A stretch of 64,000 bases of DNA, taken from Candidatus Poribacteria bacterium. Its GTDB lineage: Bacteria > Poribacteria > WGA-4E > WGA-3G. A program made the position numbers and the translations under genes. The stretch is taken from positions 544,001 to 608,000 of the forward strand of contig OZ251518.1 of assembly GCA_965242965.1 (NCBI GenBank). The letters run 5' to 3'. Positions 49,159 through 59,372 of the stretch are shown here, one piece after another; position 1 is the first letter of the stretch, and every line of letters starts with the position of its first letter. The notes under the pieces were generated by a model that did not search any database, had not been told where the DNA came from, and saw only the letters and a list, made by a program, of their open reading frames with translations.

Positions 49159-50856
49159 ATGCGACTTCAATGGAAATACTCCCTCGTGATTAACCTCACC
49201 GTCGTCGCGGTGCTGGTAGCATTCTACTTCTTTGATAGCATCCGTGTGCGGCGCGAGATGAACGCTTTGCACGCCTTAGGGGCAGAACGCGGCGCGGAAC
49301 TCAAAAAAATCGCAGAAGTGACGATTCTGAGTGCTGTTCTCCGCGAACTAGAGGCAACGCGAACTTTTGATGCAGAACGCGTTGACGCGGTGCTCCGGCA
49401 ACTCAAGCAAGAACATCCCGATATGAAGGACGTAATCAACGTTCACGTTTCTTTGGACGATACCCGCATCCACGCGAGTTTATTGCCACGCAATCACGAT
49501 ACGACAGGGATTAACCTTGACGCAGCAGACCTGGCGCAAATCGAGGCGAAAGGCGCGAAGATAGACACGATAGAAGGTCAGAACGCCACCGCTATCGTGA
49601 TTAAATACCTCGTGCCACTAGTTGCTCCGAAACAGATTGAACTGTCCGGCGGCTACGGCGAACCTCCCTTGCAGAAGACTTATGAAACGATGTTGGATAG
49701 CGGGAGTATCCATTTTGAGTTGTGGAAGGCACTTGTCGCCAACGACATTTATGTCCTTGATGCGGCGGTAACGGTGGAGAAACCCGGCACCCGATGGCAA
49801 ATTACGGACATGGAGAAGGGTAATACCTATATCCTCTCCAAACAGGATGAGACGCTCTGGGTGCAAAAACTGCAAACCGGTTATGTCCAAGTGCTTTTCA
49901 ATGTCCCGGATATTGACAAATCGATCCGATACTCGCTGTTGATGCATGCAGTACTGATTGTGATTGTCGGCGCGTTGCTTGTCATCCTCATCGATTTGAC
50001 GACAAACCATCTCGTCATGAAACCGCTGGAACGGATGACGCGGATTATCCAGAGTGGCGGGGAGATGGCTGCGCATCAGCAGACCTATTCTTCCGATGAA
50101 ATCGGGAGGGCGACGCATAACCTCGTGCGGATGTTATGGCAGTTGCGGGAATCACACTCCAAACGGATTGCGGCGTTGGGGCAGTTTGCCGCCGGCATTG
50201 CACACGAGATTCGGAATCCGCTGAATTCCATCGGGATGACAGCGCAGCATCTCAAGGCAGTCTTCTCGCAGCCGAAGGTGGAGCCGGACGATATTGAGGA
50301 GGCGAAGGAGCTCCTTGACATCGTCAACCAGAAAATCGATGAATTGAAGCAGATTTCACAGCAGTTTCTCACCTTAAACCGTCCTCGGAAATTGAACGTG
50401 GCACCGGTTGCGCTCAATTCCCTCGTGGAGCGGGTGTTATCGGAATTCGCGCTGATTGCGGAAGAAGCGAAGGTGCAGTTGATTCAGCATTACGATGCCG
50501 ACTTGCCGGAAATCTCGCTGGATGCAGCGTTAATGCGGCAGACGCTCTTCAACCTCATTCAAAACAGCATCCAAGCGATGCCGAAGGGTGGAAGTATCTA
50601 TATCACGACAACGCTTGAGCAGCCGAACGCCGTGCTTGAGATTCGGGATACCGGCATCGGCATCCCAGAGGAATTTCAGGAACAGATTTACGATGCCTAT
50701 TTCACGACAAAGGAGGCGAGTGGCGGCATCGGGCTCGGGCTCGCCATTTCGCACCAGATTATCGCCGCGCACAACGGCCAGATTGAAATGCGTAGCAAAA
50801 TGGGCATGGGCACCGCTTTTAAAATCAGGCTTCCTCTCAAGCCGCGAAACCTGTAG
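49159..50856 (+). CDS. Membrane sensor histidine kinase
   Basis: Two TMs, AHEIRNPL H-box, NLIQNS, DTGIGI, FTTK, GLGLAI. Confidence 0.92.
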   Translation: MRLQWKYSLVINLTVVAVLVAFYFFDSIRVRREMNALHALGAERGAELKKIAEVTILSAVLRELEATRTFDAERVDAVLRQLKQEHPDMKDVINVHVSLDDTRIHASLLPRNHDTTGINLDAADLAQIEAKGAKIDTIEGQNATAIVIKYLVPLVAPKQIELSGGYGEPPLQKTYETMLDSGSIHFELWKALVANDIYVLDAAVTVEKPGTRWQITDMEKGNTYILSKQDETLWVQKLQTGYVQVLFNVPDIDKSIRYSLLMHAVLIVIVGALLVILIDLTTNHLVMKPLERMTRIIQSGGEMAAHQQTYSSDEIGRATHNLVRMLWQLRESHSKRIAALGQFAAGIAHEIRNPLNSIGMTAQHLKAVFSQPKVEPDDIEEAKELLDIVNQKIDELKQISQQFLTLNRPRKLNVAPVALNSLVERVLSEFALIAEEAKVQLIQHYDADLPEISLDAALMRQTLFNLIQNSIQAMPKGGSIYITTTLEQPNAVLEIRDTGIGIPEEFQEQIYDAYFTTKEASGGIGLGLAISHQIIAAHNGQIEMRSKMGMGTAFKIRLPLKPRNL

Positions 50857-50936
50857 ACGCGGTTTTCAACCGCGCCCGTTATAGCATGCGCGCTTGCAAA
50901 TCCCGCCTACTGTTAAAAACTCACGGAGAACACAAA

Positions 50937-52343
50937 ATGCCATCAATACTCATTGTAGACGACGATGCCGCGCAACTCACCATCTTGCAGCGCATCCTAA
51001 AGCGTGAAGGCTACACCGTCCAAACCGTGGGCGACAGCAACACTGCCCTCGCCGCTATGGAAGAAAAAATGTTTGATCTGGTTATCAGCGACATGTGGAT
51101 GTCCTCGCGTTTTGAAGGCCGCGAACTGCTCCGGGCGGTAAAACAGAAGGACCCGGACCTGCCGGTGCTTATCATGACGGCGTTCGCTGAACTTAACGAT
51201 GCCGTGAACCTCGTCGCGCACGAAGGCGCGTTTTATTACCTTGAGAAACCAATCCAGATCGATGTCCTCAAGCGCGAGGTGCAGCGCGCCTTGAAAACCC
51301 GCGGCGTGCTCATTTCCCCAAGCAATACCGATAGCGATAAGGCACCGCCGGACATCCGCTTTAAGAACATCATCGGTGAAAGCGAGCAGATGCAACACCT
51401 CTTCAAAAACATGTCCCGTATCATCCACCGCGGTGTCACGCAGGTGCTGATTACTGGTGAGACAGGGACAGGGAAGAGCCTTATCGCGCGCGCACTTCAT
51501 CAACACGGTGCCCGAGCGAAACAGCCGTTCGTCGCAATTAACTGCGGGGCCATTCCCGATACGCTGATTGAGAGCGAACTTTTTGGCCATGAAAAGGGTG
51601 CGTTTACCGATGCAGTGACAGAAAAAAAGGGACTGTTTGAGGTGGCACATCGCGGGGTGCTCTTCCTTGACGAGATAGGCGATATGCCTATTCAGACGCA
51701 GAGCAAACTGCTGCACGTGCTGGAAGAACGCGAAATCCGCAGAATCGGGGGAACCGAGAGTCTAAAGGTGGATGTGTGCGTGCTTGCCGCCACTAACAAA
51801 AACCTGGTCGAGGCAGTGCAAAATAGTGCCTTCCGGGAAGATCTCTACTTTCGGTTGAACGTCATCCCGCTACACGTGCCGCCGCTTCGAGAACGGCCTG
51901 ATGAGGTCCCGCAACTCGTGAATTTCTTCATCCAGAAATTCAGCACTGAATACGCGGGCGCGCCAACGAAAAAGGTCACGCCGCAAGCGATGTCCGCGCT
52001 CAGACGGTATCAATGGCCCGGCAACATCCGCCAACTGGAGAACTATCTCCGCCGCATCTTTGTCCTTTCGGAAAACGTGGTGATTGACATGGAGGAATTG
52101 CCCCCCGAAATTTTGGATACCTCACTACCCGTAACTGACGTTGAATTCGATATTCCAGAAGATGGGGTCTCTTTGGAGGAGATCATTAAGGAATACGTGT
52201 GCAGCGCGTTGACGAAGACGCACGGACAGCAGATCAAAGCGGCGCAATTGTTAGGCATTTCGCGCCGCAAACTGCAACACCGGATGCAGAAATATGGCTT
52301 GCATAGCCAAGATTTCAAGGGCGGCGCGGCGGAATCGGATTAG
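50937..52343 (+). CDS. Sigma54-dependent response regulator (NtrC family)
   Basis: Receiver (IVDDD, SDMWM, KP), [36 protein letters not shown], Fis-type HTH. Confidence 0.95.
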   Translation: MPSILIVDDDAAQLTILQRILKREGYTVQTVGDSNTALAAMEEKMFDLVISDMWMSSRFEGRELLRAVKQKDPDLPVLIMTAFAELNDAVNLVAHEGAFYYLEKPIQIDVLKREVQRALKTRGVLISPSNTDSDKAPPDIRFKNIIGESEQMQHLFKNMSRIIHRGVTQVLITGETGTGKSLIARALHQHGARAKQPFVAINCGAIPDTLIESELFGHEKGAFTDAVTEKKGLFEVAHRGVLFLDEIGDMPIQTQSKLLHVLEEREIRRIGGTESLKVDVCVLAATNKNLVEAVQNSAFREDLYFRLNVIPLHVPPLRERPDEVPQLVNFFIQKFSTEYAGAPTKKVTPQAMSALRRYQWPGNIRQLENYLRRIFVLSENVVIDMEELPPEILDTSLPVTDVEFDIPEDGVSLEEIIKEYVCSALTKTHGQQIKAAQLLGISRRKLQHRMQKYGLHSQDFKGGAAESD

Positions 52344-52369
52344 CATCAGATGCCTTAGACACGCCAGAT

Positions 52370-54412
52370 TTAGAACGTCACCGTAACCCCCAACGTCGGT
52401 AGAATAGGGAGTTGCGGTTCTTCGTCAATTTCACATCCGATGACTGCACCCGTATTTTCATCGCGCGCTACACTGAAAGCGTATTGATCTACGTTCGTGT
52501 GGTTATAGAGGTTTAAGATTTGGAAATACCACGTGAGTTCCCACCGCCGATACGGGCGCCGTTTGGTAATCCGAAAATCGAGGCTATGATACGCAGGCAG
52601 TCTTTCCGAATGCGTTTCGCCGAACTGCCTGTCGCAAGCGAGCGTTCTGTCAGGTAATCGCACCTCTGAGTGAATCAGCGGTGTTCTCGGTTCACCGGTA
52701 TGGAACCGCCAACTGACATAGAGATGCCACGTCTGCGAGAGTTGGTGACTGCTGCTCAGGGACAGTGAATGTCGCCGGTCGCGCTGTCGGAAGATGGTTT
52801 CCCCATCAGTCACCTCTTCTGCTATTCCGTAAGCGTAGCCGAGACTCCATGTCCCCCGTTCAGAAAAGGCGTGCGTTACGAAGAGGTTCATCCCGCGCGC
52901 GTCCCCAGATTCGGGTGGGAAGAAAACTTGATTTTGTCGTCCAAACTCCCGAATCCTACCGGCGAGATTGGCGAAGCGGTTGTAGTATCCTTCCACCTGC
53001 ATCAAGAAATTATCGGCTGGCGAGTATTCACCGCCGAGGATGTAGTGCGTGGCTTGCTCAGCGCGTCCCGCCGTGCGTATGCCATCTTCCACCGGCACCC
53101 CCATCAGGTGAATCGGTTGATGGTAGATTCCCCACGCACCCCGCAAAACTAGGGCATCTGTCGCTTGCAGTGCCAGCGCGACGCGCGGCCCGACTTCATA
53201 ACGCTGAACGCCTGTCTCCCGATAGTCCTGAAACACGTAACGTCCACCGACATTGAGAGCGAGTTTTGGATGCAGTTGCCATTCATCTTGCAGAAACGCC
53301 TTGAATTCGTTGCCGGTATCCTCAAAATCGACTCGGATTGGTTGATAGACATTGACTCCCGCCTGTCGTTCCCGCACGTCATAATCGTATTGCGCCGCTA
53401 GCCATCGCCACGAAATCCCGCTGCGGAAAGTGTGTTGTTCCAGCAGGTTCGCTGTGAGTTCCGCCTTTGTGCCGAGGAAGCGAAAGTCGCGATTGTCAAA
53501 ATCTGCCTTCCCGGTGGTTCTATCCTGTTGCGCAGTGCCGCCGAAAACATACACATCTGTCCAGTGCGTCGCGCCGAGTTTGTGCCGCCACTTCGCCCAC
53601 ACCGTTGCATTATGATAAAGGGAATCCAAGTTGTTATCAGTGTCATCAACGCGGATGCGGTTCTGATCCCAGCCGTATAACCCGTTGAGCGTGAGCGTGT
53701 CTGTATCTGTGAGTTGATACGTCAGTTTTCCGTAGGCATCGGCGTATTGCGGGTTATACATCTCGTCAATATCCATGAGCGCGAGGATGAAATCGACGTA
53801 GCCGCGGCGTGCAGACAAGAGCCAGCCGCCTTTGTCTGTAAGCGGTCCTTCGAGCATCGCGGTTGCATTAATCAGGTCCAACCCGAAATTAGCGGAGATT
53901 TTCTCGGCGTTTATCGCCTTTGTGGTGATGTCAAACACGCCGGACATTTTCTCGCCGTATGCTGCAGGGAAGCCGCCCATGAACATTTCGGCTCGCTGGA
54001 TGAGCCCGAGCCCTATCAGCGATACTGCGCCGCCGAAGTCTTGAAGATGGTAGGGGTTATAGAGTTCCATCCCGTCAAGTCTGACAGAGATGTCCTCTTT
54101 TTCTCCGCCGCGCACGCTGAACCGCGCGCTGTAATCCGCCGCTACCACACCGGGAAAGATGTGCCCGGCACGCATAATATCGTTGTCAACGAGGGGAATG
54201 CGTTCGATCTCCTGTTTTGATAGCGACAGCCGTGCCGCCGTGCCATCGTAAATCGTAAATCGTCCTGGGGTAACGACGATTTTTGGGAGTTGGATGGGTT
54301 CTTCCTCCTCTTGCGCGAAAACTACGCCGCCTACAGTTAGCAAAGTTGTCCATCCCCAAAATAGGATGGGAAGCATTAGATATATTGAGAACCGACATCG
54401 GGATGTGTCCAT
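52370..54412 (-). CDS. TonB-dependent receptor
   Basis: IVVTPG, FPGV, SVRGG, LDG..LYNPYH, GGFPA.YG..SGV; C-terminal Phe. Confidence 0.88.
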   Translation of the reverse strand: MDTSRCRFSIYLMLPILFWGWTTLLTVGGVVFAQEEEEPIQLPKIVVTPGRFTIYDGTAARLSLSKQEIERIPLVDNDIMRAGHIFPGVVAADYSARFSVRGGEKEDISVRLDGMELYNPYHLQDFGGAVSLIGLGLIQRAEMFMGGFPAAYGEKMSGVFDITTKAINAEKISANFGLDLINATAMLEGPLTDKGGWLLSARRGYVDFILALMDIDEMYNPQYADAYGKLTYQLTDTDTLTLNGLYGWDQNRIRVDDTDNNLDSLYHNATVWAKWRHKLGATHWTDVYVFGGTAQQDRTTGKADFDNRDFRFLGTKAELTANLLEQHTFRSGISWRWLAAQYDYDVRERQAGVNVYQPIRVDFEDTGNEFKAFLQDEWQLHPKLALNVGGRYVFQDYRETGVQRYEVGPRVALALQATDALVLRGAWGIYHQPIHLMGVPVEDGIRTAGRAEQATHYILGGEYSPADNFLMQVEGYYNRFANLAGRIREFGRQNQVFFPPESGDARGMNLFVTHAFSERGTWSLGYAYGIAEEVTDGETIFRQRDRRHSLSLSSSHQLSQTWHLYVSWRFHTGEPRTPLIHSEVRLPDRTLACDRQFGETHSERLPAYHSLDFRITKRRPYRRWELTWYFQILNLYNHTNVDQYAFSVARDENTGAVIGCEIDEEPQLPILPTLGVTVTF

Positions 54413-54502
54413 TCGGTTGCACCTTTCAAAAAGATTGTTTTTAAGACAGACGCAGATGAACTCGGTGGTAGCCTCTGGCATTTGCGTCCGGATTATTTTA
54501 AT

Positions 54503-55298
54503 GCGGGTGTTTCATATTTTGATGTTTTCCCGGTAGGAGAGACCTCCTGGTCTCGATGTAATACCGTAGGGGAAACCGCCTAGTCTTGATATTGTCCGCA
54601 CAATCCATCGATCGCGGGGGACAGGCCCCCGCGCTACGATAAAAAAACGCCACTTCACCGTAGGGCGAGGGCCTGTCCCTCGCCATGCTTTTCGCTGTCA
54701 GACTGCATCACCCCTGTAGGTCAGGATCGCCTGCTCCCGACCCGTTTGTGATCAGGCGATCACAAACTACAGATGGGGAAACACACATCGGGACGATGGA
54801 CAACGCGGGGGCCTGTCCCCCGCGCTACGATGAAAAAACGCCACTTCACCGTAGGGCTTGGGCCCTCGGATGCCACACGCGCATGCGAGCGGGTTTCCCT
54901 CGCCATCGTTCGCGCTCCGGAAAAAACGTCTCTTAGGTCCGTAGGACCTTAATGTCTATAGCGCGCGTGCTAGCGAAGAATCCTAAGGTCCTTTAGGTCC
55001 TTAATAGGTTTTGCCAGGTCTGCTCGTTTTTTATTAAGGACCTAAAGGACCTTGACAACGGCACTGCACGTTTTTCTATAGACATTAAGGACCTAAAGGA
55101 CCTAAAACGCACCTCGTAATGATGGCACTCGCGGGGGACAGGCCCCCGCGCTACGATAAAAAAAACGGTTCTTGAGCCATCGCGGAGGTCTGTCCCCCGC
55201 GCTAGGGGAAAATCGAGACCGGGAGGTCTCTCCTACCGAGGATCCCTCAAGACCAGGAGGTCTTTCCTACCGAACACATCAAGATATGAAACACCCTC
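54503..55298. mobile_element. TIR-bounded REP-mosaic element (longest copy without cargo gene)
   Basis: GCGGGTGTTTCATAT ... ATATGAAACACCCTC; shares long blocks with 2318-2743, 6430-6620 and 20060-20347. Confidence 0.7.
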
Positions 55299-55310
55299 AT
55301 TTTAATGCAC

Positions 55311-55340
55311 ATTATAGCATAAGATAGGACGGATTGTCAA
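55311..55340 (-). promoter_or_regulatory. Sigma70 promoter firing into the TIR element towards the TonB receptor gene
   Basis: Minus strand TTGACA-18 bp-TATAAT. Confidence 0.7.
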
Positions 55341-55537
55341 CGTGGTAAGTCCGCGCTCAAGACGATTCAGTTCTGTTCGGGTTCGCCTAATCGCACCCGG
55401 GTCAAGAGCAGGCAATCTGGTTTCCCCACGCGGGCCAGGGCCACTGCCGCTTTTTCATTTCAGAACAAAAATCTTGGCAGATTTTCCGAAAAATGCTATA
55501 CTTTCGTTAAATTTCATGCACGGATGGATAACGAGTT

Positions 55538-56317
55538 ATGCTTTCTACAAAATGGTTCTACGCTTTTGCATGCGTGTGCCTTCTCTTTTCAACAACCACT
55601 AGCAGTTTCGCCGCGAAAGGGTTTGATTATCTTCCCGATGACGACACACTCGGCCTTTGGCATTTTGATGATGCCAAGGGGGTAGATGCCTCCGAAAACG
55701 GAGTGGAGTCGGACGTTGAAGGGAAAGCGGCGTGGGATGCAAATCAAGATTGGAACAGAGAGGCTAAGCCCGGTAAATCGTTCGTCTTTGATGGAAACAC
55801 GGTGATTTCGCTCGGAGAAGCGGACGTGCTGATTCCTAAAGTTGCGATTACTATTGAAGCCTGGGTCTACCCTGAGGATTTGTCGGGGTGGCGGCTCATC
55901 TGCACGAATTGGGACGGACCGCCGGGTGCCTATCACTTAGGCGTTGAAAACGGCATCGCCAAATTCCATATTAACACCGAGAAAGGCGTGGCGTTTGCAG
56001 GCGCAGCGAAACCTCTTGAGTTGGAACAGTGGCAGCACGTCGCCGGCACCTATGATTCCAATGAAATTAAACTCTACATTGATGGCAAAGAGGTGGGTGC
56101 GACGAACCACGGCGGAAAACTCGTCGGCGCGGGATTTGATGTCATCATAGGCAGTAAAAATACGCGACAGTTTAATTGGAAAGGCTTGATGGACGAAGTG
56201 CGGATAAGCGGTATCGCCAGGGATGCAGACGTGCTGAGCCCAAACTTAGCCGCGCCGCAAGCCGTTGAATTCACGGCAGTCTCTTTGCCAATCCGATGGG
56301 GGCAACTCAAACAATGA
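55538..56317 (+). CDS. Secreted LamG-domain protein with C-terminal WGxxK tail
   Basis: GLWHFDD, ITIEAWV, WQHVAGTYD, LYIDG, G.MDEVRIS; ends RWGQLKQ. Confidence 0.9.
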   Translation: MLSTKWFYAFACVCLLFSTTTSSFAAKGFDYLPDDDTLGLWHFDDAKGVDASENGVESDVEGKAAWDANQDWNREAKPGKSFVFDGNTVISLGEADVLIPKVAITIEAWVYPEDLSGWRLICTNWDGPPGAYHLGVENGIAKFHINTEKGVAFAGAAKPLELEQWQHVAGTYDSNEIKLYIDGKEVGATNHGGKLVGAGFDVIIGSKNTRQFNWKGLMDEVRISGIARDADVLSPNLAAPQAVEFTAVSLPIRWGQLKQ

Positions 56318-58059
56318 GCGAAAACGCCGTATCCGCTTTACAACGAGGCATCGCTTTCTTACGCAGACAACAACGCGCAGCGGGAAACTTTGAAGGACAG
56401 CTCTCCTCCAGCACCTTTCCTTCTTGCGCTTATGCATGGGTGCAACTCGCCCAAGGCGAAACACCGGACAAATCCCAACTTGACTGGTTTATCGCAAACC
56501 AAAACGGCGAGGGGAAATGGGGTTTGGATGTCGCGAACATCTCCAATACGGAAGCAACGCTGTTTGCGAAACTCATCTTGTCAGAGACGCATCGGCGCGA
56601 ACCGAACGCTGTCCCAGCGGAACTGCTGGAATCAATTCCGCCGCACCCACTCAACTTGGCACTCGTCAAATTGGCTTACGCCGATTTCAATCAATTTGAC
56701 TGGAACGAACTCACCTTCTCAGAAAAAGCGTTGCCGTTGATGAAAATGGCGAAGCGGTTAACTAAACTCCCTTTCCTTCGCGGCAGGCTGCAGCCGCCGA
56801 GGCATCGTTTGCCCCCGGTCGCGATGTTCAACACGCCGCTGTTTGACGAACTGTTCATTGCAGAACAACATACCCTCGTCCCGGTCTTCCTCATGATCGA
56901 ACTGCAGACGAAAAAGCGGCCGGAACTCATCGCATCGCTTGCGGCGTGGCTGAAAGCGCGCGTGCTGAGCGATGGCAGTTGGTTTCGTGTAAACTATATC
57001 ACCGCGCTTTCGGTATTAGCACTGATTGCATTGCAGAAAGAGGGTTCGCAATCCGATGAGGAGATTGCGGGGCTCATTGCACGCGGCATCGCGTGGCTGC
57101 GTGCGACGCAGAACCCTGACGGTGGCTGCAGGGAGGCGGTGAATCTTAATGTCTGGGATACCGCGCTGAGTATCATCGCGCTGACCGAGGGGCACGCCGA
57201 AACAGCAACGGGCAACGATAGAAACGATAGAAACGATAGAAATGGTGGTGAAATTTTGGAAGATGCGGCGCAATGGCTGGTTGCGCATCAAAATTCCGAT
57301 GGTGGATGGGCATTTTCGGGATTGCGCGATAGTTCACTTCCTAGCGATGCAGACGATTCGGCTTTGGCGACGCTGGCATTAATTCGGGTAACCGCCGCTC
57401 CCACCGGGATAGAGGATGCTATCCAGCGGGGCATCGCTTGGTTGAAGGCGAATCAAGGGGCTGATGGCAGTTGGAGCACCTATCAACCCGGGCAGGGTGA
57501 TGTCGGGTGTGTCAGCATCACGACGCATGCGATAGAGGCGTTGCTCGCATCCGGTGAGAATGAGGCGTGCATTGCGCGCGGCATTCGCTGGCTACGCGCC
57601 GAAATTCAGAGCGACGGCTATTGGCAAGATCTTTGGCTGGCGAAGCGGACATACGGCACGGCGTGCGCCATCATCGCTCTTCTTAAAACAGGAATGACGG
57701 ATGCACCGGAGATCATGCGAGGCGTGCGTTGGCTGGAAAGCATGCAAAATGCTGATGGCGGCTGGGGTGAAGATATGTTCGGTAACCCTACCGGTAGCAC
57801 GGTGGAGCAGACGGCGTGGAGCACTTACGCGCTGTTGTTAGCTGATAGCGCGCCTACCGGTGGAGCTGCCCAAACCGGCACTGCTGCACAGAAGGGAATA
57901 GACTATCTCTGTCGGCATCAAACGGAAGAGGGTTCGTGGCAGGAAAGTTGCGTTGGTATCTATTGGGAAATCATCGGTGGTTACGCCGACCCGATTAATG
58001 CTTCCGTTTTTCCGTTGTTGGCATTGCATCAGTACACGCAGGGCATGCAAAAAATATAA
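56314..58059 (+). CDS. Squalene-hopene cyclase-like terpene cyclase
   Basis: QW repeats (QNSDGGW, QGADGSW, QNADGGWGE), VWDTAL, DADDSA (DxDD); ATGA-coupled to the upstream gene. Confidence 0.82.
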   Translation: MSENAVSALQRGIAFLRRQQRAAGNFEGQLSSSTFPSCAYAWVQLAQGETPDKSQLDWFIANQNGEGKWGLDVANISNTEATLFAKLILSETHRREPNAVPAELLESIPPHPLNLALVKLAYADFNQFDWNELTFSEKALPLMKMAKRLTKLPFLRGRLQPPRHRLPPVAMFNTPLFDELFIAEQHTLVPVFLMIELQTKKRPELIASLAAWLKARVLSDGSWFRVNYITALSVLALIALQKEGSQSDEEIAGLIARGIAWLRATQNPDGGCREAVNLNVWDTALSIIALTEGHAETATGNDRNDRNDRNGGEILEDAAQWLVAHQNSDGGWAFSGLRDSSLPSDADDSALATLALIRVTAAPTGIEDAIQRGIAWLKANQGADGSWSTYQPGQGDVGCVSITTHAIEALLASGENEACIARGIRWLRAEIQSDGYWQDLWLAKRTYGTACAIIALLKTGMTDAPEIMRGVRWLESMQNADGGWGEDMFGNPTGSTVEQTAWSTYALLLADSAPTGGAAQTGTAAQKGIDYLCRHQTEEGSWQESCVGIYWEIIGGYADPINASVFPLLALHQYTQGMQKI

Positions 58060-58610
58060 CCCCTCGAATCCGTAGGGGATCCGGTGGAGATCAGGCGATC
58101 GCCACCTACAGAAAAATATAACCCCCCGAATCCGTAGGGCGAGGGCCTGTCCCTCGCCAGCGTCCGCGTAATCCAACATTCGCGGGGGACAGGCCCCCGC
58201 CCTACGATGAAAAAATGCATGCCCGCGTTCACGAACAAAAAACGCCCCTTTCACCGTAGGGCGAGGGCCTGTCCCTCGCCATGCCGCGATCGCCGCGCTG
58301 ATTGTGTTTATTATTTTCACCGATTTGCAGGTTTTTGTCAATTATTTTGGACGACTATGATCGCGAGGGACAGACCCTCGCGCTACGGTGAAAAAACGCG
58401 CGCCTTTACGTTCGCGAGGGACAGGCCCTCGCGCTACGGTGAAAAAACACGTGTCTTTACGATCGCGGGGGACAGGCCCTCGCGCTACGATGAAAAAACG
58501 CGTGCCTTTACGATCGCGAGGGACAGGCCCTCGCGCTACGGTAGGAGAAAAGCCCCTCTTCACCGTAGGGCAAGGATGGCAAAGACCTGTCCCTCGCCAT
58601 GCCGCGACCG
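58060..58610. repeat. REP array with four 51-bp tandem units
   Basis: TCGCG(A/G)GGGACAG(G/A)CCCTCGCGCTACG at 58361, 58412, 58463 and 58514 with near-identical linkers. Confidence 0.85.
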
Positions 58611-58644
58611 CGAAGAACATTCCCCCATCCAACGACTGTTTAAC

Positions 58645-59316
58645 ATGAATTCCATCATCATCCCCGTTCTAAACGAAGAAAAAATCTTATCGCAAACCCT
58701 CAATCGGCTTCAACCCGAATTGGCGAACCATGAACTCATCATTGTTGATGGCGGCAGCACGGATGCTTCGGTGAGCATCGCGCAAAAATTCGGGAAGGTA
58801 GTCTTTTCCGAACGCGGACGCGCGAAACAACTCAACGCTGGTGCCGCAGCGGCGACCGGGGATATTCTCATTTTCTTACACGCCGATGTTTGGCTGGAAC
58901 CGGGCGCGATGGCCGCCGTAGAAACCGCGCTCGCCAACGGGGACATCGGCGGCGCATTCCGACAAAAGATTGACTGCAAGCATTTTTTATATCGGTTCAT
59001 TGAGGCAGCCGCCAACTTTCGGGCAAAACGGTTGCGGGTGTTTTACGGCGATGGCGGCATTTTTCTGGCGCGGACCCATTTTCAGCAGATTGGCGGGTTT
59101 CCTGACGTTCCGATTTTAGAGGAAATGGGATTTTCAAAGGCACTGCGCCGACTCGGCAAAACCACCCTCATTTCACCGTGTATCCATATCTCACCACGGC
59201 GCTGGGAAGAAGGTGGGCTCGTCAGGACGACGTTGAACAATTGGCTGATAACGCTGCTCTATTTTCTGGGGGTTTCGCCGGAACGGCTTGCGAAGTTGTA
59301 TCGGCACATTCGGTAG
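58645..59316 (+). CDS. GT2 glycosyltransferase (TIGR04283-like)
   Basis: SIIIPVLNEE, VDGGSTD, GRAKQLNAGA, FLHAD, SPRRW. Confidence 0.9.
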   Translation: MNSIIIPVLNEEKILSQTLNRLQPELANHELIIVDGGSTDASVSIAQKFGKVVFSERGRAKQLNAGAAAATGDILIFLHADVWLEPGAMAAVETALANGDIGGAFRQKIDCKHFLYRFIEAAANFRAKRLRVFYGDGGIFLARTHFQQIGGFPDVPILEEMGFSKALRRLGKTTLISPCIHISPRRWEEGGLVRTTLNNWLITLLYFLGVSPERLAKLYRHIR

Positions 59317-59372
59317 GTTGAACCATCGAGACCAGGAGGTCTCTCCTACTGTTGAGACGCAGGAGGTCTCTC

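Noticed and set aside
55420-55450. GCCACTG near a TonB receptor gene suggesting a cobalamin riboswitch
   Set aside because: Wrong strand relative to the receptor gene, upstream of its promoter, and other B12-box motifs are missing.
58355-58545. Four regularly spaced palindromic repeats resembling a CRISPR array
   Set aside because: Linkers are near-identical and only ~22 bp, the repeat is the dispersed REP, and no cas genes are present.
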